DNA from: Vicugna vicugna
Taxonomy: Eukaryota
DNA: 64,000 nt
Direction: 5' to 3'
NCBI GenBank assembly: GCA_013265495.1
Contig: MU058451.1
Location: 2,599,305 to 2,663,304 of the forward strand
In this document: one piece after another, positions 25,803 to 37,459 of the stretch
How the letters are laid out: each line of letters begins with the position of its first letter
How positions within the stretch are numbered: position 1 is the stretch's first letter
Notes under the pieces: model-generated
What the model was told of the DNA's origin: nothing
The model's database searches: none
The model's input: only the letters and a program-made list of their open reading frames with translations
Position numbers and translations under genes: made by a program

Positions 25803-26565
25803 ATCCAGGCTGAATGAAGTCCCCTCTGGTTCTAGAGTTCTAAGATACTTTCAGCAAAAGTGAAGCTGGTTAAACAATCTAAAAGTTTCACATATTTAAT
25901 ATATTATATTAATATATACACTAATATTTAATTAATATTAATTATAATGTATATTAATATTTAATATATACTCCTGTTATTCCAGTAAGGTTTTAAACAG
26001 CTCTGCTCTCGTCCTCTATAAGATAAATTAAGCCTACAGTTACAGCGCACACATGTTCTCCTAGGGAGAATGGAAAAGAGGACACAGATCACCTAGCTGT
26101 ATTTTCCCATTTGTGGTTTTATCATCATCATTATAAAAACAGTATACATATTACAATTCTACAGAAAATCTTCAAAAAGAAAACTGCCATTCAGACATAT
26201 TCCATTGTTACATCTGGATTTGTTTCCTTCTGGGTCTGACCTCCTCACCATTGGTGTATTTCTTTTCATGTAGCTAAACTTTTCCACACTTAGTTCAAAA
26301 ATAGGTATCAAAGGAGGGTAGGAAAACCCAAATTTATCAATCAAGCAAGCAAGCATGAGATTTTGTAATGGGAAGAATTTACATAAAAAATAAATTATGT
26401 ACAGTCCCCCAAAAAAAATTATCCAAAAAGCAACAACACAGTATTGATAAACAGCAAAAGAACTAAATCCAGTCAGTTGTGTAGAAATGTTTATGCTATA
26501 AAATGTTAATACTGAACTTCCCCTTGGAAGCAAAGATCCCCGATACATTTCTACACACAGATACC

Positions 26566-26593
<28 letters not shown>
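26566..26593. repeat. (TG)14 microsatellite
   Basis: Directly visible. Confidence 0.95.
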
Positions 26594-26596
<3 letters not shown>

Positions 26597-26800
26597 CACA
26601 TTTGGCTACCATTTTTTCAAGATGACAAACTATGGTCAATCTGAAATGACTCTGAAAGTTTTCAATACATTCCTTACAATACTGCCCTCAGCATCTGTAT
26701 TGATTTTTGTATTCCCCAAGAGAATCACATGCTGTAGAAATAGTACAAGGCATGAGCACCAGTGAATTCGAGTTTTAGTCCAAGCTATTCAGGAGATTAC

Positions 26801-26882
26801 CTTTTGAGCATTGGTAAATTACTTTGAATATCTTTGGGGTTTTGGGGATTTTTTTTGCTTTTTTCCTTTTTTTTCCCCAAAT
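26801..26882 (-). other. STAU2: STAU2 5' leader exon (82 nt, A-rich)
   Basis: Non-repeat segment bounded by ctcacattctttttaaAG and AAG|GTAATC, lying between the first exon and the MLQINQ exon. Confidence 0.65.
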
Positions 26883-26992
26883 CTTTAAAAAGAATGTGAG
26901 TCCTTGTGGCAGACAGCCTCTAACAAACAGAATACAGCAGAAATAATGAGCTAGCATTTCCAAGACTGGGTTATAAAAAGATCATCATTGTG

Positions 26993-27090
26993 CGGGAGGG
27001 TATAGCTCAGTGGCAGAGCACATGCTTAGCATGCACGAGGACCTGGGTTCAATCCGAGTACCTCCATTAAAAAAAAAGTTAAAATAAGAA
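26993..27090 (+). mobile_element. Vic-1-like SINE inserted in an MLT1 LTR
   Basis: A/B boxes; its 3' half is repeated at 27450-27500 by the tandem duplication. Confidence 0.9.
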
Positions 27091-27861
27091 ACCATCATTT
27101 CCTCCTGAGTGTCACCTGCACTTGTTCTCTCACTTGTTTGCTCTGAGGGAAGCTGGCTGCCACGCTGTGAGCTGCCCGGTGGACAGACCTACATGGCAAA
27201 GAACTGAGGCTTTCGGTCCAATAATCCCCAAGGAACTGAATCCTGCCGAGTCACGTGACTGAGCTCAGAAGCAGCTCTTCCCCCAGGTGAACTTTCAGAT
27301 GAGACTAAAGCCCCAAAGACAGCTTACCCTTAACCTCCTAGAAGACCCTGAGACACAGCACCCAGATAAGCTGCACCCAGACTTCAAACCCACAGAAGCT
27401 GAGAAAATAAACGTTTTGTTGTTTTAAGCTCTTCATTTCTGGGGTAATTAGGACCTGGGTTCAATCCAAGTACCTCCATTAAAAAAAAAGTTAAAATAAG
27501 AAACCATCATTTCCTCCTGAGTGTCACCTGCACTTGTTCTCTCACTTGTTTGCTCTGAGGGAAGCTGGCTGCCACGCTGTGAGCTGCCCGGTGGACAGAC
27601 CTACATGGCAAAGAACTGAGGCTTTCGGTCCAATAATCCCCAAGGAACTGAATCCTGCCGAGTCACCTGACTGAGCTCAGAAGCAGCTCTTCCCCCAGGT
27701 GAACTTTCAGATGAGACTACAGCCCCAAAGACAGCTTACCCTTAACCTCCTAGAAGACCCTGAGACACAGCACCCAGATAAGCTGCACCCAGACTTCAAA
27801 CCCACAGAAGCTGAGAAAATAAACGTTTTGTTGTTTTAAGCTCTTCATTTCTGGGGTAATT
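27038..27861. repeat. Tandem duplication, 2 x 412 bp
   Basis: 27038-27449 versus 27450-27861; I see about 3 substitutions (ccgag/ccaag, cacgtga/cacctga, actaaag/actacag). Confidence 0.95.
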
Positions 27862-30309
27862 TGTTATGTGACAACAAATAAGATAGTTCCACTCGACTCT
27901 AAAATTCTATAATCCTATGGTGCTTTAGGTATTAATTTAATATATTCACATAAGCCAAAAAAAATCAATCTCCTGTTCAACATGAGCAAATGAGTAATAT
28001 TAGACTTTGAAAGTGGTAAATTATGAAACTTAAACACTAACATTTTATTCAAAAGATGAAATTATTAAAACATGTAGCGTTAGTCAAATGGTATTAAAAT
28101 ACACTAAATACACTGTCTAGAACTAAAGATACAAACCCAATTTTTTAATTGAAAGCAATTCATTTGGATGTGAAAATGTAAATAAACCATTAAAAGCATC
28201 TCCGTGATTTAGTATTCCTTACTTTCTAGAATTTAACACAATCCAGTAAATGTTCACCATTTTGAGAAATCCCACTTTGTTTTTATTTCAGGTAAGCCTC
28301 TAAAAGTTACAAATCTTATCTATAGATCTGTATGTGTTTCTTCAGTATTAGAGTTTGGCAACACTGGTGGCTGATTCTGAGAAGAAGACACAATAAGATA
28401 GAGGGGTACATTTTTTTTAGTTCTAATCTTCTGATATACAAAAGGCAGTTTTATGAAGAAACTAAAATGAAAGCTCCTATTCCCCTAAAATTGACCATAC
28501 AATTTTAAATATTCCGTAAGCCTTTCCTTCACAATTATAAAATAAAGATCTGTATAAATTAACACATGAAACTACTATGACTGTAACAACACTCTATGAG
28601 GTAACTGGATGACATTCTGAACTTGTTCTTTCTCACAAACAAGTTATATTAGATTTATATCAATATGAAAATTATAACTCACAACTATACCAAGGGAAAC
28701 TTGGAACGCCCACAGTGGCACATCTCTTTAACACATCATTTCCTCTTAAAGACACACCAGGCCTAATGTCCTATATTTAAAACAACCTGATTAAAGTCAT
28801 AGCAATAAAATGCAGAGCATTGTATACTGCCTATGGTTTCATAAAATCCACCCCTCCCTCTTCTGTCAAAAAGTGTCCAGCTACAACTCATTTCAATTAC
28901 AGCCAAGTACTTTTAGAGAAACCTATTCACATGTCCCAAAAATGCCCTACAGTGATATCCAGTCAGGCACATTAGGACATGCAGTTCCAGATTCCAAGCT
29001 ACTAAATAAAAACAGGCGGGGCGGTTTATGAAGAGAAGGCACTGGACAAGACTTGACATTCATGAAGGTCCCACATGTATCTGAAATGTATGGCTGATAT
29101 TAATTTGCTGCTATTATTATGAATTACATTTTGCTCATCTGATTAACTGAAAGCTGCGCAAAATTAAATCTATAAAATCCTCATCAGTTAAATCCTGCTT
29201 TCTAAAATGGCGTTATTAAATTAAAATACCTATAAATTTTATGTCAGCTCCCATTCCACCACTGACAGGCAATCCTCACTTAAATGTCTTGTCTGACAAT
29301 ATGAAAAGCAAAAATATTTACTATTTCCACTCTTAGACTCCAAACTACTACAAAACTAAATATCAACTCAAAGCTTCTTACTGCAAAAATTCATGGGGTC
29401 CTTAAAAAGTCTTTTAAAAAAGTTTTTCATTTCTTTTTAAAAGTAGGTACCCCCAAAAAACTATTTTTATATAAGAAAAACAAAGTAATTTAGTATAAAA
29501 AAATAGCTCCTAAGAGCCATGACAGATTCTAAGAATATAGAAGTCTCACTCCATGAACCATCCCACTGAAAAACCCCACATACTATCAGTCCAGAAAAAA
29601 AGGGAAAGTAACATTTATCAGATACCAATTTTCTATACCAGGTGTCATATTTTGCCATTTTTATATTAGCTGATTTAATCCCCATCACTTTTGAGATGTA
29701 GGTGTTATTCTCATTTATCTATAAGTTCGGTTACTTTCTCCCTAGTCACAATGCTAAGATTAAAACCCAGTTTTGTCTGGTTCAAAGCCCCTTTCTTTCT
29801 GTTACATGTTAAATCATAAATAAAGACTCAATGCCTTAAAATTTTTCCTCTAACAAAGGGCTCTTGACGTCTAGAACAACATAATGACAAAACTCCCACA
29901 TAGAACTTCAAGGATTTATTCAAAATCAATGATACACAAATACAAATTATAATTATTATGGATTCTAGACACTCATTTAATATTTCCTTGAGTATCTAAA
30001 ACAGGCACAAATGTATCTATATATGATTTGATTACGCTGCATGTCTCCTACTATTTAGTCTAATATTAAGACAATTCAATTTTGCAACATCTAGACTCTT
30101 CCCCTTTCTTTATTATGATTTGTACACATAAATGATCAGATAGCCAGTGCTCAAAGTATACAAAAATAAAAAAAAGGAGACAAAATAATAGAAGAATAAA
30201 AGAACAGGAGGTTAACTAAAAAACAAAACAAAACAAAACACTGGCCACTGTGTCTCCCAGAAACTGACCCAATCTCAGGATAACCACTCAGCCTCATTTC
30301 TGCATTGTT

Positions 30310-30655
30310 TATATACTAATAACTGTGATGACCGCCTCAGATTTTTTTAATATTCTTATTCTTTGCTGAAAACCAGACCAGGCTACTCTTTCCTAGAATT
30401 TCATTCCAGGCAAGCCAAGTAAGCTAAAATTTGAAATTTATATGGTTTTCCATGCTGAAGTATTTAGGAGTAAAGAGCCATGGTGATATATGTAACTTAC
30501 CGTCAAATGGACCAGGAGAAGAATATTATGTGTGTGTAACTGAGAGATCAAATGATAAACTGGTAAAATGGTAACAGGTGACTCTAAGTTAAAGTTACGA
30601 GTCTTATTCTTGACACTTTTCTGTAAACTTGAAATTATTTCCAAATAAAAAACTA
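30310..30655 (+). mobile_element. L1MC-like 3' end fragment
   Basis: Ends cttttctgtaaacttgaaattatttccaaataaaaa. Confidence 0.5.
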
Positions 30656-32056
30656 AAACTTGAAAATTACATAGCCGTCTCTCTGAAGCTAACAGTACCT
30701 ACTTGGATTATACAGCAACACTTTTAGAAACACAAAACACAGGTTTTCAAGGAAAAATTTAGTGATGTGTGAGGAAATCTGCACCATATCCTACCAACTA
30801 ATGATCACTTAGGAATAAATTTCAAACTACACTGCCATGTAATGGAATGTGGCAATAGTCACTTGAGTTAAAGGAATAAAAATCCACAGACACCACATTG
30901 TTTGATGTAAGCCCTTCACAAATTTAATACAGGCCTGCTGCAAAATGCAATAAATCTACAATTCAAGTGGTATGTATTACCTCTGGTTTGCAGTAAAATA
31001 CAGACAAACTGAAAAATGAAAAATCTGCCATATGACAAAACAATCGAAATGCAGAATGTCTTGGTTTTGATGGTTTTATTAAAAAAGATTTTTTTTCTAC
31101 TGCAGTTCAATTCACAACAGTATATGTGAATCATCTTAAGCAAGCAAGGACGAAGAGGAAACATCCTCCAGGAACAATGCTACAATCTTTTCTGCAAGGG
31201 TACTATATTATTCCGCCTGCCCGTTACAACTTTGATTTCAAATCTTCATTATTCTTTCTTAAAGCATAAAAATGCATTAGAAGAGAAGTAATGCTCAGAA
31301 AAAGTTCACCAAAATTGTGAAGTCAAACATTAGGTTTTCAGCTAACAGTGAAATAGCTTTAAAAGATCACCTCTATCCTTTCTGCAGGAAACACAAGCTT
31401 TAAAATCCTTTAGTACATTCCCCTAATTGAATGAATGGTCTTTCTCTACCCAAATAGTTCTAAACCTTTTGGGAAAGGGAGATGGGCGCCTCCTGCCAAG
31501 TACAGACCCTTTCCAAAGAAAATTATCCACAAATGCAAAATTCTGCACATATTTCCAGGGACTTCCAGAACCCCGAGCCATTATCCCCGCCCCCCTCCCG
31601 AAGAATCCCAGCTTAGCGTCTCCTCTATTACAGCCTCTGCAGAACACCCCCCTGAACACAATCCACACAGTCCCCGGCTCGCTCCCGGAGGGACTGGAGG
31701 CTCTGCCCTCACCCAGTGGATTCCGTAACTGATCTTTGTCTCTTCGCCCAACTCCCTTCACCTCGGCAAGGTCACTGCCAACTACCCCTTTAAGCCGAGC
31801 CCTCACGGTAGTAGTTCGTAGGAGCCACGAGAGAACTTGCCTGTCATAGGATATATTTTGTCCCCTCGGCCCCACCTACCTTCCCCATTTCGGCATGTTA
31901 CGTCTTTATCACTTGCCCATTATACAGAAATAGCCACCACCACCCCCCGGCGCGCCCCCGCCCCGCCGCTCCTCCAGCGCCCCCAGCCCCATTTCCCGCA
32001 GACCCTCCAAGGACAGGCCTCCCTCCATGTCCCCTCCCTTCCCCTCTTCTCTCCCC

Positions 32057-32172
32057 NNNNNNNNNNNNNNNNNNNNNNNNNNNNNNNNNNNNNNNNNNNN
32101 NNNNNNNNNNNNNNNNNNNNNNNNNNNNNNNNNNNNNNNNNNNNNNNNNNNNNNNNNNNNNNNNNNNNNNNN
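32057..32172. other. Assembly gap (116 N)
   Basis: Run of N within the C-rich part of the CpG island. Confidence 1.
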
Positions 32173-32474
32173 CTCGGGGCTCCTCCCCTCCGGACACCTG
32201 TGTCGTCCCACCCCCTCCACAGACGCCCCCCTCCCCAATTCATTTGCCTCCTCCCCGGCTCCCTTGCCCACCTCCATCTTCCTCCCTTCCCCCTCCCGCC
32301 CCCAGGGAGCCCAAGGAGGGAGGGAAGGCGCGGGGGAGGGGAGGCCGCGGAGGGGCCGCTCTTCTGGGGTTCGCCGCACGCCGCGGACCTGCAGGGCTCC
32401 CCAGCGCCCTCTGTCTCCTCCGCCAGCAGAGCGGAAGTCGGGGCCTCCCAGACGCCCCCCACAAGGGTATTTAC

Positions 32475-32580
32475 CTTCTCGCCAGGGACACTTTGCAGAC
32501 GGCTCCAACATTGGCAAACACTACAGAGAACTGACCCCGCTCGGCCGCCGCCGCCGCCGGCTTCCACCCCTCGGGCTCCC
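32475..32580 (-). other. STAU2: STAU2 first exon (proximal); 5' boundary approximate
   Basis: Inside the CpG island; ends GGCGAGAAG|GTAAAT (GT at 32474-32473); includes a (GGC)5 run at 32544-32558 and an ATG at 32511. Confidence 0.75.
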
Positions 32581-32952
32581 CGCCCCCCGCCTCCACCCGC
32601 CTTCCCTGCCCTCCCCCCGCGCCCCCCCGCGATTCGCAGCGTCGCTCCCGCCCCCTGGCGGCCGGCTGGCCGCCGCAGCAGCGGCCGCCGCGGGCGCCGC
32701 GGTGCTGGCGCCGGCAGGCCGGGCCCCCGGGCGAGAGCCGATCCCCGGGGCCTTGGAAGGAGGACGAGCGAGTGCTCAGGAACCGTGCCGGGTCCGCAGT
32801 TCTCTAGTCCCCGGCCCGGCTCCCCGCCCTCTCGGCTGCAGAAGGGGGGGGGGCAGCCTCTTCCAAACCTGCACTCGGCAACTGCCTTCCCCGCCCAAAT
32901 GACCCTCTGCTTTTTCCTGGCGGCGGGTAGCGCCTGGATTCCCCGCCCGTAC

Positions 32953-33045
32953 CTTCCCCAGACTCTCTCGCTGCCCCCCTCTGCTCTGCTGGGGACGTGC
33001 GACCATCCCGCGTCTGCTCCGGCCGCCGCTGTGTGATGCACGGTT
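32953..33045 (-). other. STAU2: Candidate alternative (distal) STAU2 first exon; 5' boundary approximate
   Basis: Ends GGGGAAG|GTACGG (GT at 32952-32951) within the CpG island, just downstream of a GC-box-rich tract. Confidence 0.5.
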
Positions 33046-33574
33046 TAGCGGATCCTGCACCTTTCCAGACTGGGAGGAGGAGGGGGGCGGGGGAGAAGGG
33101 GAGGGGGTTAGCGCAACTGTCTCGCCCAGAAAACACTAGTGATCAGTAATCACCTGCTCTCCAAGATCCGCAGCGTGGCCAAACATCCTCCTCGACCAGA
33201 AAAATCGTCTTTGGTCACATAAGAAAGAAATCCTTCGAACCAAAAAGGAAGACCATCTTACAACAGTGCCCTAGATCCTAGATTGTTGAGGCAAGAGTGC
33301 CAGAAACTCGAATTACTTCTTGACCGTCCTGGTTTTGATGTGGGTTACTGATGCCCGGGTAACTTCAACCCAGTTAAGCCCAGTGAAATACAACACTCCA
33401 TTTAGTAAATGGCACCATAAATAATTTGGCAATAAAGTAAGTCTAGAAATAGAATTACTACTGTTTTCACAAACTTACCATTTGCATTATTATTCCCAGG
33501 GTTCCTTGCCAGTATCAGTTCTCTGCCTGAGAAATGTCTACCAGACCTAGGATTTCAGGCGTCACCTAAAACAG

Positions 33575-34310
33575 CTGGGAAGACAGTATAGCCTCGTGGT
33601 TCTTAAAGTAAGGGCATTCAAATTAGATAGCCAAGCCTGGTTACCCACTTACTAACTAGAAGACCATGGGCATGTTACTTAGCCAATGAGTCAGTTTATT
33701 CTTTTGTTCGACAGGAGATAACGTGGTAATATGTATTTAAACGTGATAGTATTTCAGCGCCGTGGTAAGATATTAGCTATTGCTAGATTTTCCTCCTAGA
33801 GCTCTTTCCTGTGCTCCTTCCCTCCGTTTCACCTCTGCCAATTCCCTCAAATTTAACATGGTGCATCCTCCCTAAATCTGCACTTGTCCTTGGCTAATGA
33901 CTTCTAGCTGCTCAGGCCCAGCATTCAAATACTGGTTGAACGCTTTGAAGGAGTGCATGCCCTTCACACTGTCAGTACCAAGGAACAAGCATCCCACCTT
34001 TGTGCCTTCCCATAGGCTACTCCCTTTCCCTGTGGTCCATCCCTCCTCTCACCTGATGAGCAGATCATTCTTCAGATCATTCCAAAATCACCTCCTTGTG
34101 AGCATTCTCTAACACCTCTGAGCAGGCCAGCACCCTTCTCCTGACTCTCCTCTGACATAGCAAGTATCTTAGGTTGTTCATGAGCCTGACTCCAAATGCC
34201 CAACAGTACATTATTTAAGGCCAGGCTCTGTATCTCATTCATCTGTGTAGTCCCAGCGTCCAACAGCCAGTGGGTGGAAGTAAATGCTTTTGGAATAAAT
34301 GGATGAGTTT
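33575..34310. mobile_element. MIR (~33575-33780) and L2 (~33850-34310) remnants
   Basis: ccacttactaactagaagaccatgggcatgttactt (MIR core); tctcattcatctgtgtagtcccagc..taaatgcttttggaataaatggatga (L2 tail). Confidence 0.55.
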
Positions 34311-36000
34311 ATGCTTTTAGAAAGGAGTCTGAAGTGGTCAGAAATTTCATTCATTCCCTCTGATTCAGGTGGTTAAAGCTAATTGAAAACTTTATCTTCG
34401 CTCTAACTTTTTCTTGTAACTGATTTTAAATCTTTGGTTATCCACTTACTAACTAGGAGGGCATGGGCATGTTACATGGAAACCCCAAACGGAATGAATG
34501 TTTGGAAGCCATAATTATTAGAGAGAAAATTGTTTTTAAGCTTGGGTCAGCACTTTCCATTGCTCAAGGCATGTAGATTGCATCAGTACCTGGAGTCACC
34601 TGAGTGACATGGAAATCCACGGGTAAATCTATGATCTTCTTGGAATTTCACTTGAAAATGAAATGCTTGTATAGGAGTTGAAAAGAAGAGATATTTAAAG
34701 AGGGATGGTCCTGTTGGCAGCTGATTAAAACAAAGCAACTGATTTATGAATGCATCTTTACCAGGCACCATTGCAGTTGAATATTCAACCATCGGAAAAG
34801 GATAATGTTTTCAAATTCATCACAGTCAGGTTTGAGTGATTTGAACAGGACAGATTCTAGAATCACAAAACAATTTCTTTTCCAGTTATGTCTTCTCTTA
34901 TGTCTTCTCTTTTCTTATATTTAACATCCTTTTCTTGACACCACTTTTCCTGTAAAATTCATTAAGTCCCCCAGCATCCCACCATATAAGTTAGTCTCTT
35001 TTATATATTTTTTCTGAACATATTTTTATCATTATGCAGTATTTTTTTCTTCCAATATACCTTCAGCTCTTCGAAGACAAGAACAATGACTTCCCCCATC
35101 TCTGCTTCTCCAGCACCTAGCACAGTGCCTGTGGTGATCAATAAATGCTGGCTGAATGAATGGATTTGTGAATGTGACATTTACTGAGTACCTACAATAT
35201 ACCAAGTACTATTCATGGCCCAGGGAAATTTAGCAATGAAAAAAATTTGCAAAATCTTTGTGCTCGTGGAACTTACAGAGAAATGAATGAACAGATAAAT
35301 GCGTGAAAAAAAACCCTTTCCAATCCTTTACCTCCATTAGAATATGTTTCTGGAAATTTCCAATGCATTTGCCTGTTCACTAATTAATCAGTTACTTGGA
35401 ACTCAATTTTTCTCCCATAACAATGATGTCAAAATAGTTATTAGAGTATCAGCTGCCTAAACACTGTACTAAAAAGCAATATAAAAATTACATTACAAAT
35501 ATAATCGTTAAGAGTAAGGAAACAATTTTATTTAATATACAGAGGTTCTGTTAAGTCTTATCAAACATATTGTTCAACAAATATTTTTAAATAAAAATAA
35601 TATGGAACCAATTATACTTGTACTGACTTTGCTTTTTCCTTCATATCTATCATCTTCTCTCTAAAAATCTCAGTTGTTTTTCTTAAGTATATCTACACTT
35701 TCCACTGTGCCAAAAATTTGATTCACCTATATTCTAATATTTTTATTCTAACTTATTTGTCATATTTGTAATGGCATTAAGTCTCATTTTCAATCTTACT
35801 TAGCTAAAACGCAAGATGAGATAGCTTTACAATCTGCTTTTTCATCTTAATCTATGTTTTATCATCTGCAAATTGGGTTCTTTCATTGAATGTATACTGT
35901 ATTTGTCTATAGTACAAAGCATTCATATAAAGTATTCTTCTGTCTCATGGGTGTTTTTTCTTCTAGTTTGGGTTCTTCCTCTGTCTTTTTAATGCAATTC

Positions 36001-36032
36001 TATTATTATTATTATTACTATTATTATTATTA
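36001..36032. repeat. (TAT)n microsatellite
   Basis: Directly visible, one interruption. Confidence 0.9.
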
Positions 36033-37459
36033 GTTACTGTAATGATTAATTTTAAATTAATTTATTTTCATTTTGCTCATGTCTAATCTGGGAAGCTCTC
36101 TCCAGATCTTCTGTTAGCTTAGCTTTGCCCAGTAGAGCTTCTTGGAAAATTTAAATTATTTTTTTCACTAAGTTTTGTTTCACTAATTTTATTAGTTTTT
36201 AGGAATGGAAGAGTGTGATATTGTGATGTAATAAGAAATATTTATTTTTATATTTATCCAGGGTTCCTGTTACAGAGCTCCTAAAAACCCTTGTAATTTT
36301 CTGAAGGATAAGAGTGAAAAGAGCATCATTTGTTATATTTGTTTTTTGTTTCCAGCTCCTTAGAGAGCTTCAGAGTATTAAGGTGAAAGGAGTGTCTTTT
36401 GTTATTCATAATAAGCCCCTTTCAACCACACCTGAGTTTATGTAAGATGATTTTTAGAAAGCCCCTAAGGAAGGGGGCTCTGGTTGCCAGGGGAACCAAC
36501 CTAGTGATTAGAGGATTGGAATTTTTAGCTCTACCCCTTAACCTCCAGGGAGGGGAGAGGGGCTAGAGGTCACCAATGACCAAAGATTTAATCAATCATG
36601 CCTATGTAATATTGCATGATAAATTTGGTAAAGACAGAATTAGAGAAAGAGCCATTGTATCTAAATTAGCTTAAAAAACCAACAATTAATGCTTTTGAAG
36701 ACTGTTGTGAATTATTAGCTGCCTCTTTTATATTTTCCATAGCTTGGCAAACTCCATTGAATAAATAAATACATAAACAAGCAAACAAAAAATCTTGGCT
36801 GAAGGAGAGAGCTTCCAGGTTGCTGAATATATCGAGGTGCTGGAAGGGTGGCATGCCTGAACAGGGCATGGAAACTGGAAGTTCCATATCCCTTCTCCAT
36901 AACTTGTCCTAGAAATTTTCTCAATTTGCCTGTACCTGAGTTGATCCTTTTATAATAAACCTGTAATCTAATAAGTAAATTTTTCCTGAGTTTTGTGGGC
37001 CTCTCTAGCAAATTATTAAACCAGAGTAAAGGGTCATGGGAACCCTAGATTTATAGCCAGCCAGTCAGATGCAGAGGTGATAAGCTGGACTTACAATGAC
37101 ATCTGAAGTGAGAGGGAGTGGGGCTGTCTTATGAGACTGAGCTCTTAATCTGTGGTGTCTGCATTAACCCCAAGCTGTTAGTGTCGGATCACTTGGTATG
37201 GGAAATCTGGTTCTAGGTACTTTCACCATAAACATCTTTGCTGCCAGCATTTTCTCCGCAAACATTTTGGCTGCATAACTAATTGGCCGTCAGGCAATTC
37301 TGCTATGAGAGATAAAATAACTGGTTGACAGTTTGGTTTGACAGTTTGGTTTCAACTGGTTTGGTGTCATTTCTCCACTGATGCAGCGTTCCTATTTTTA
37401 TATTACATAAATCTTAGGCCTCATAATGGTCTACACAGTGATGAGTAGTTGATGATAAC

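Larger units (their letters stand above)
26905..27885. mobile_element. MLT1 (MaLR) LTR with SINE insertion and 412-bp tandem duplication
   Basis: gctctgagggaagctggctgcca..cccacagaagctgagaaaataaacg..ttttaagc..ggggtaatttgtta. Confidence 0.75.
31930..33200. promoter_or_regulatory. CpG island / STAU2 promoter
   Basis: Very high GC and CpG density against an AT-rich background; several CCCCGCCCC/GGGGCGGGG GC boxes; ETS-like GCGGAAGT at 32431-32438; overlaps the first-exon donors. Confidence 0.9.

Noticed and set aside
25892..25968. AT-rich quasi-palindromic stretch (similar one at 1617-1650)
   Set aside because: Low-complexity AT sequence; self-complementarity is expected by composition.
26159..26599. 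146-aa minus-strand ORF
   Set aside because: Starts in a (CA)n microsatellite, intronic, no recognisable domain.
31423..31875. 150-aa and overlapping ~100-aa ORFs at the island shore
   Set aside because: No recognisable homology or exon structure; non-ATG starts; chance ORFs.
31837..33136. Long ORFs (399, 373, 291, 202 aa) on both strands
   Set aside because: Low-complexity P/G/R/A translations caused by stop-poor GC-rich DNA; several run through an N gap.
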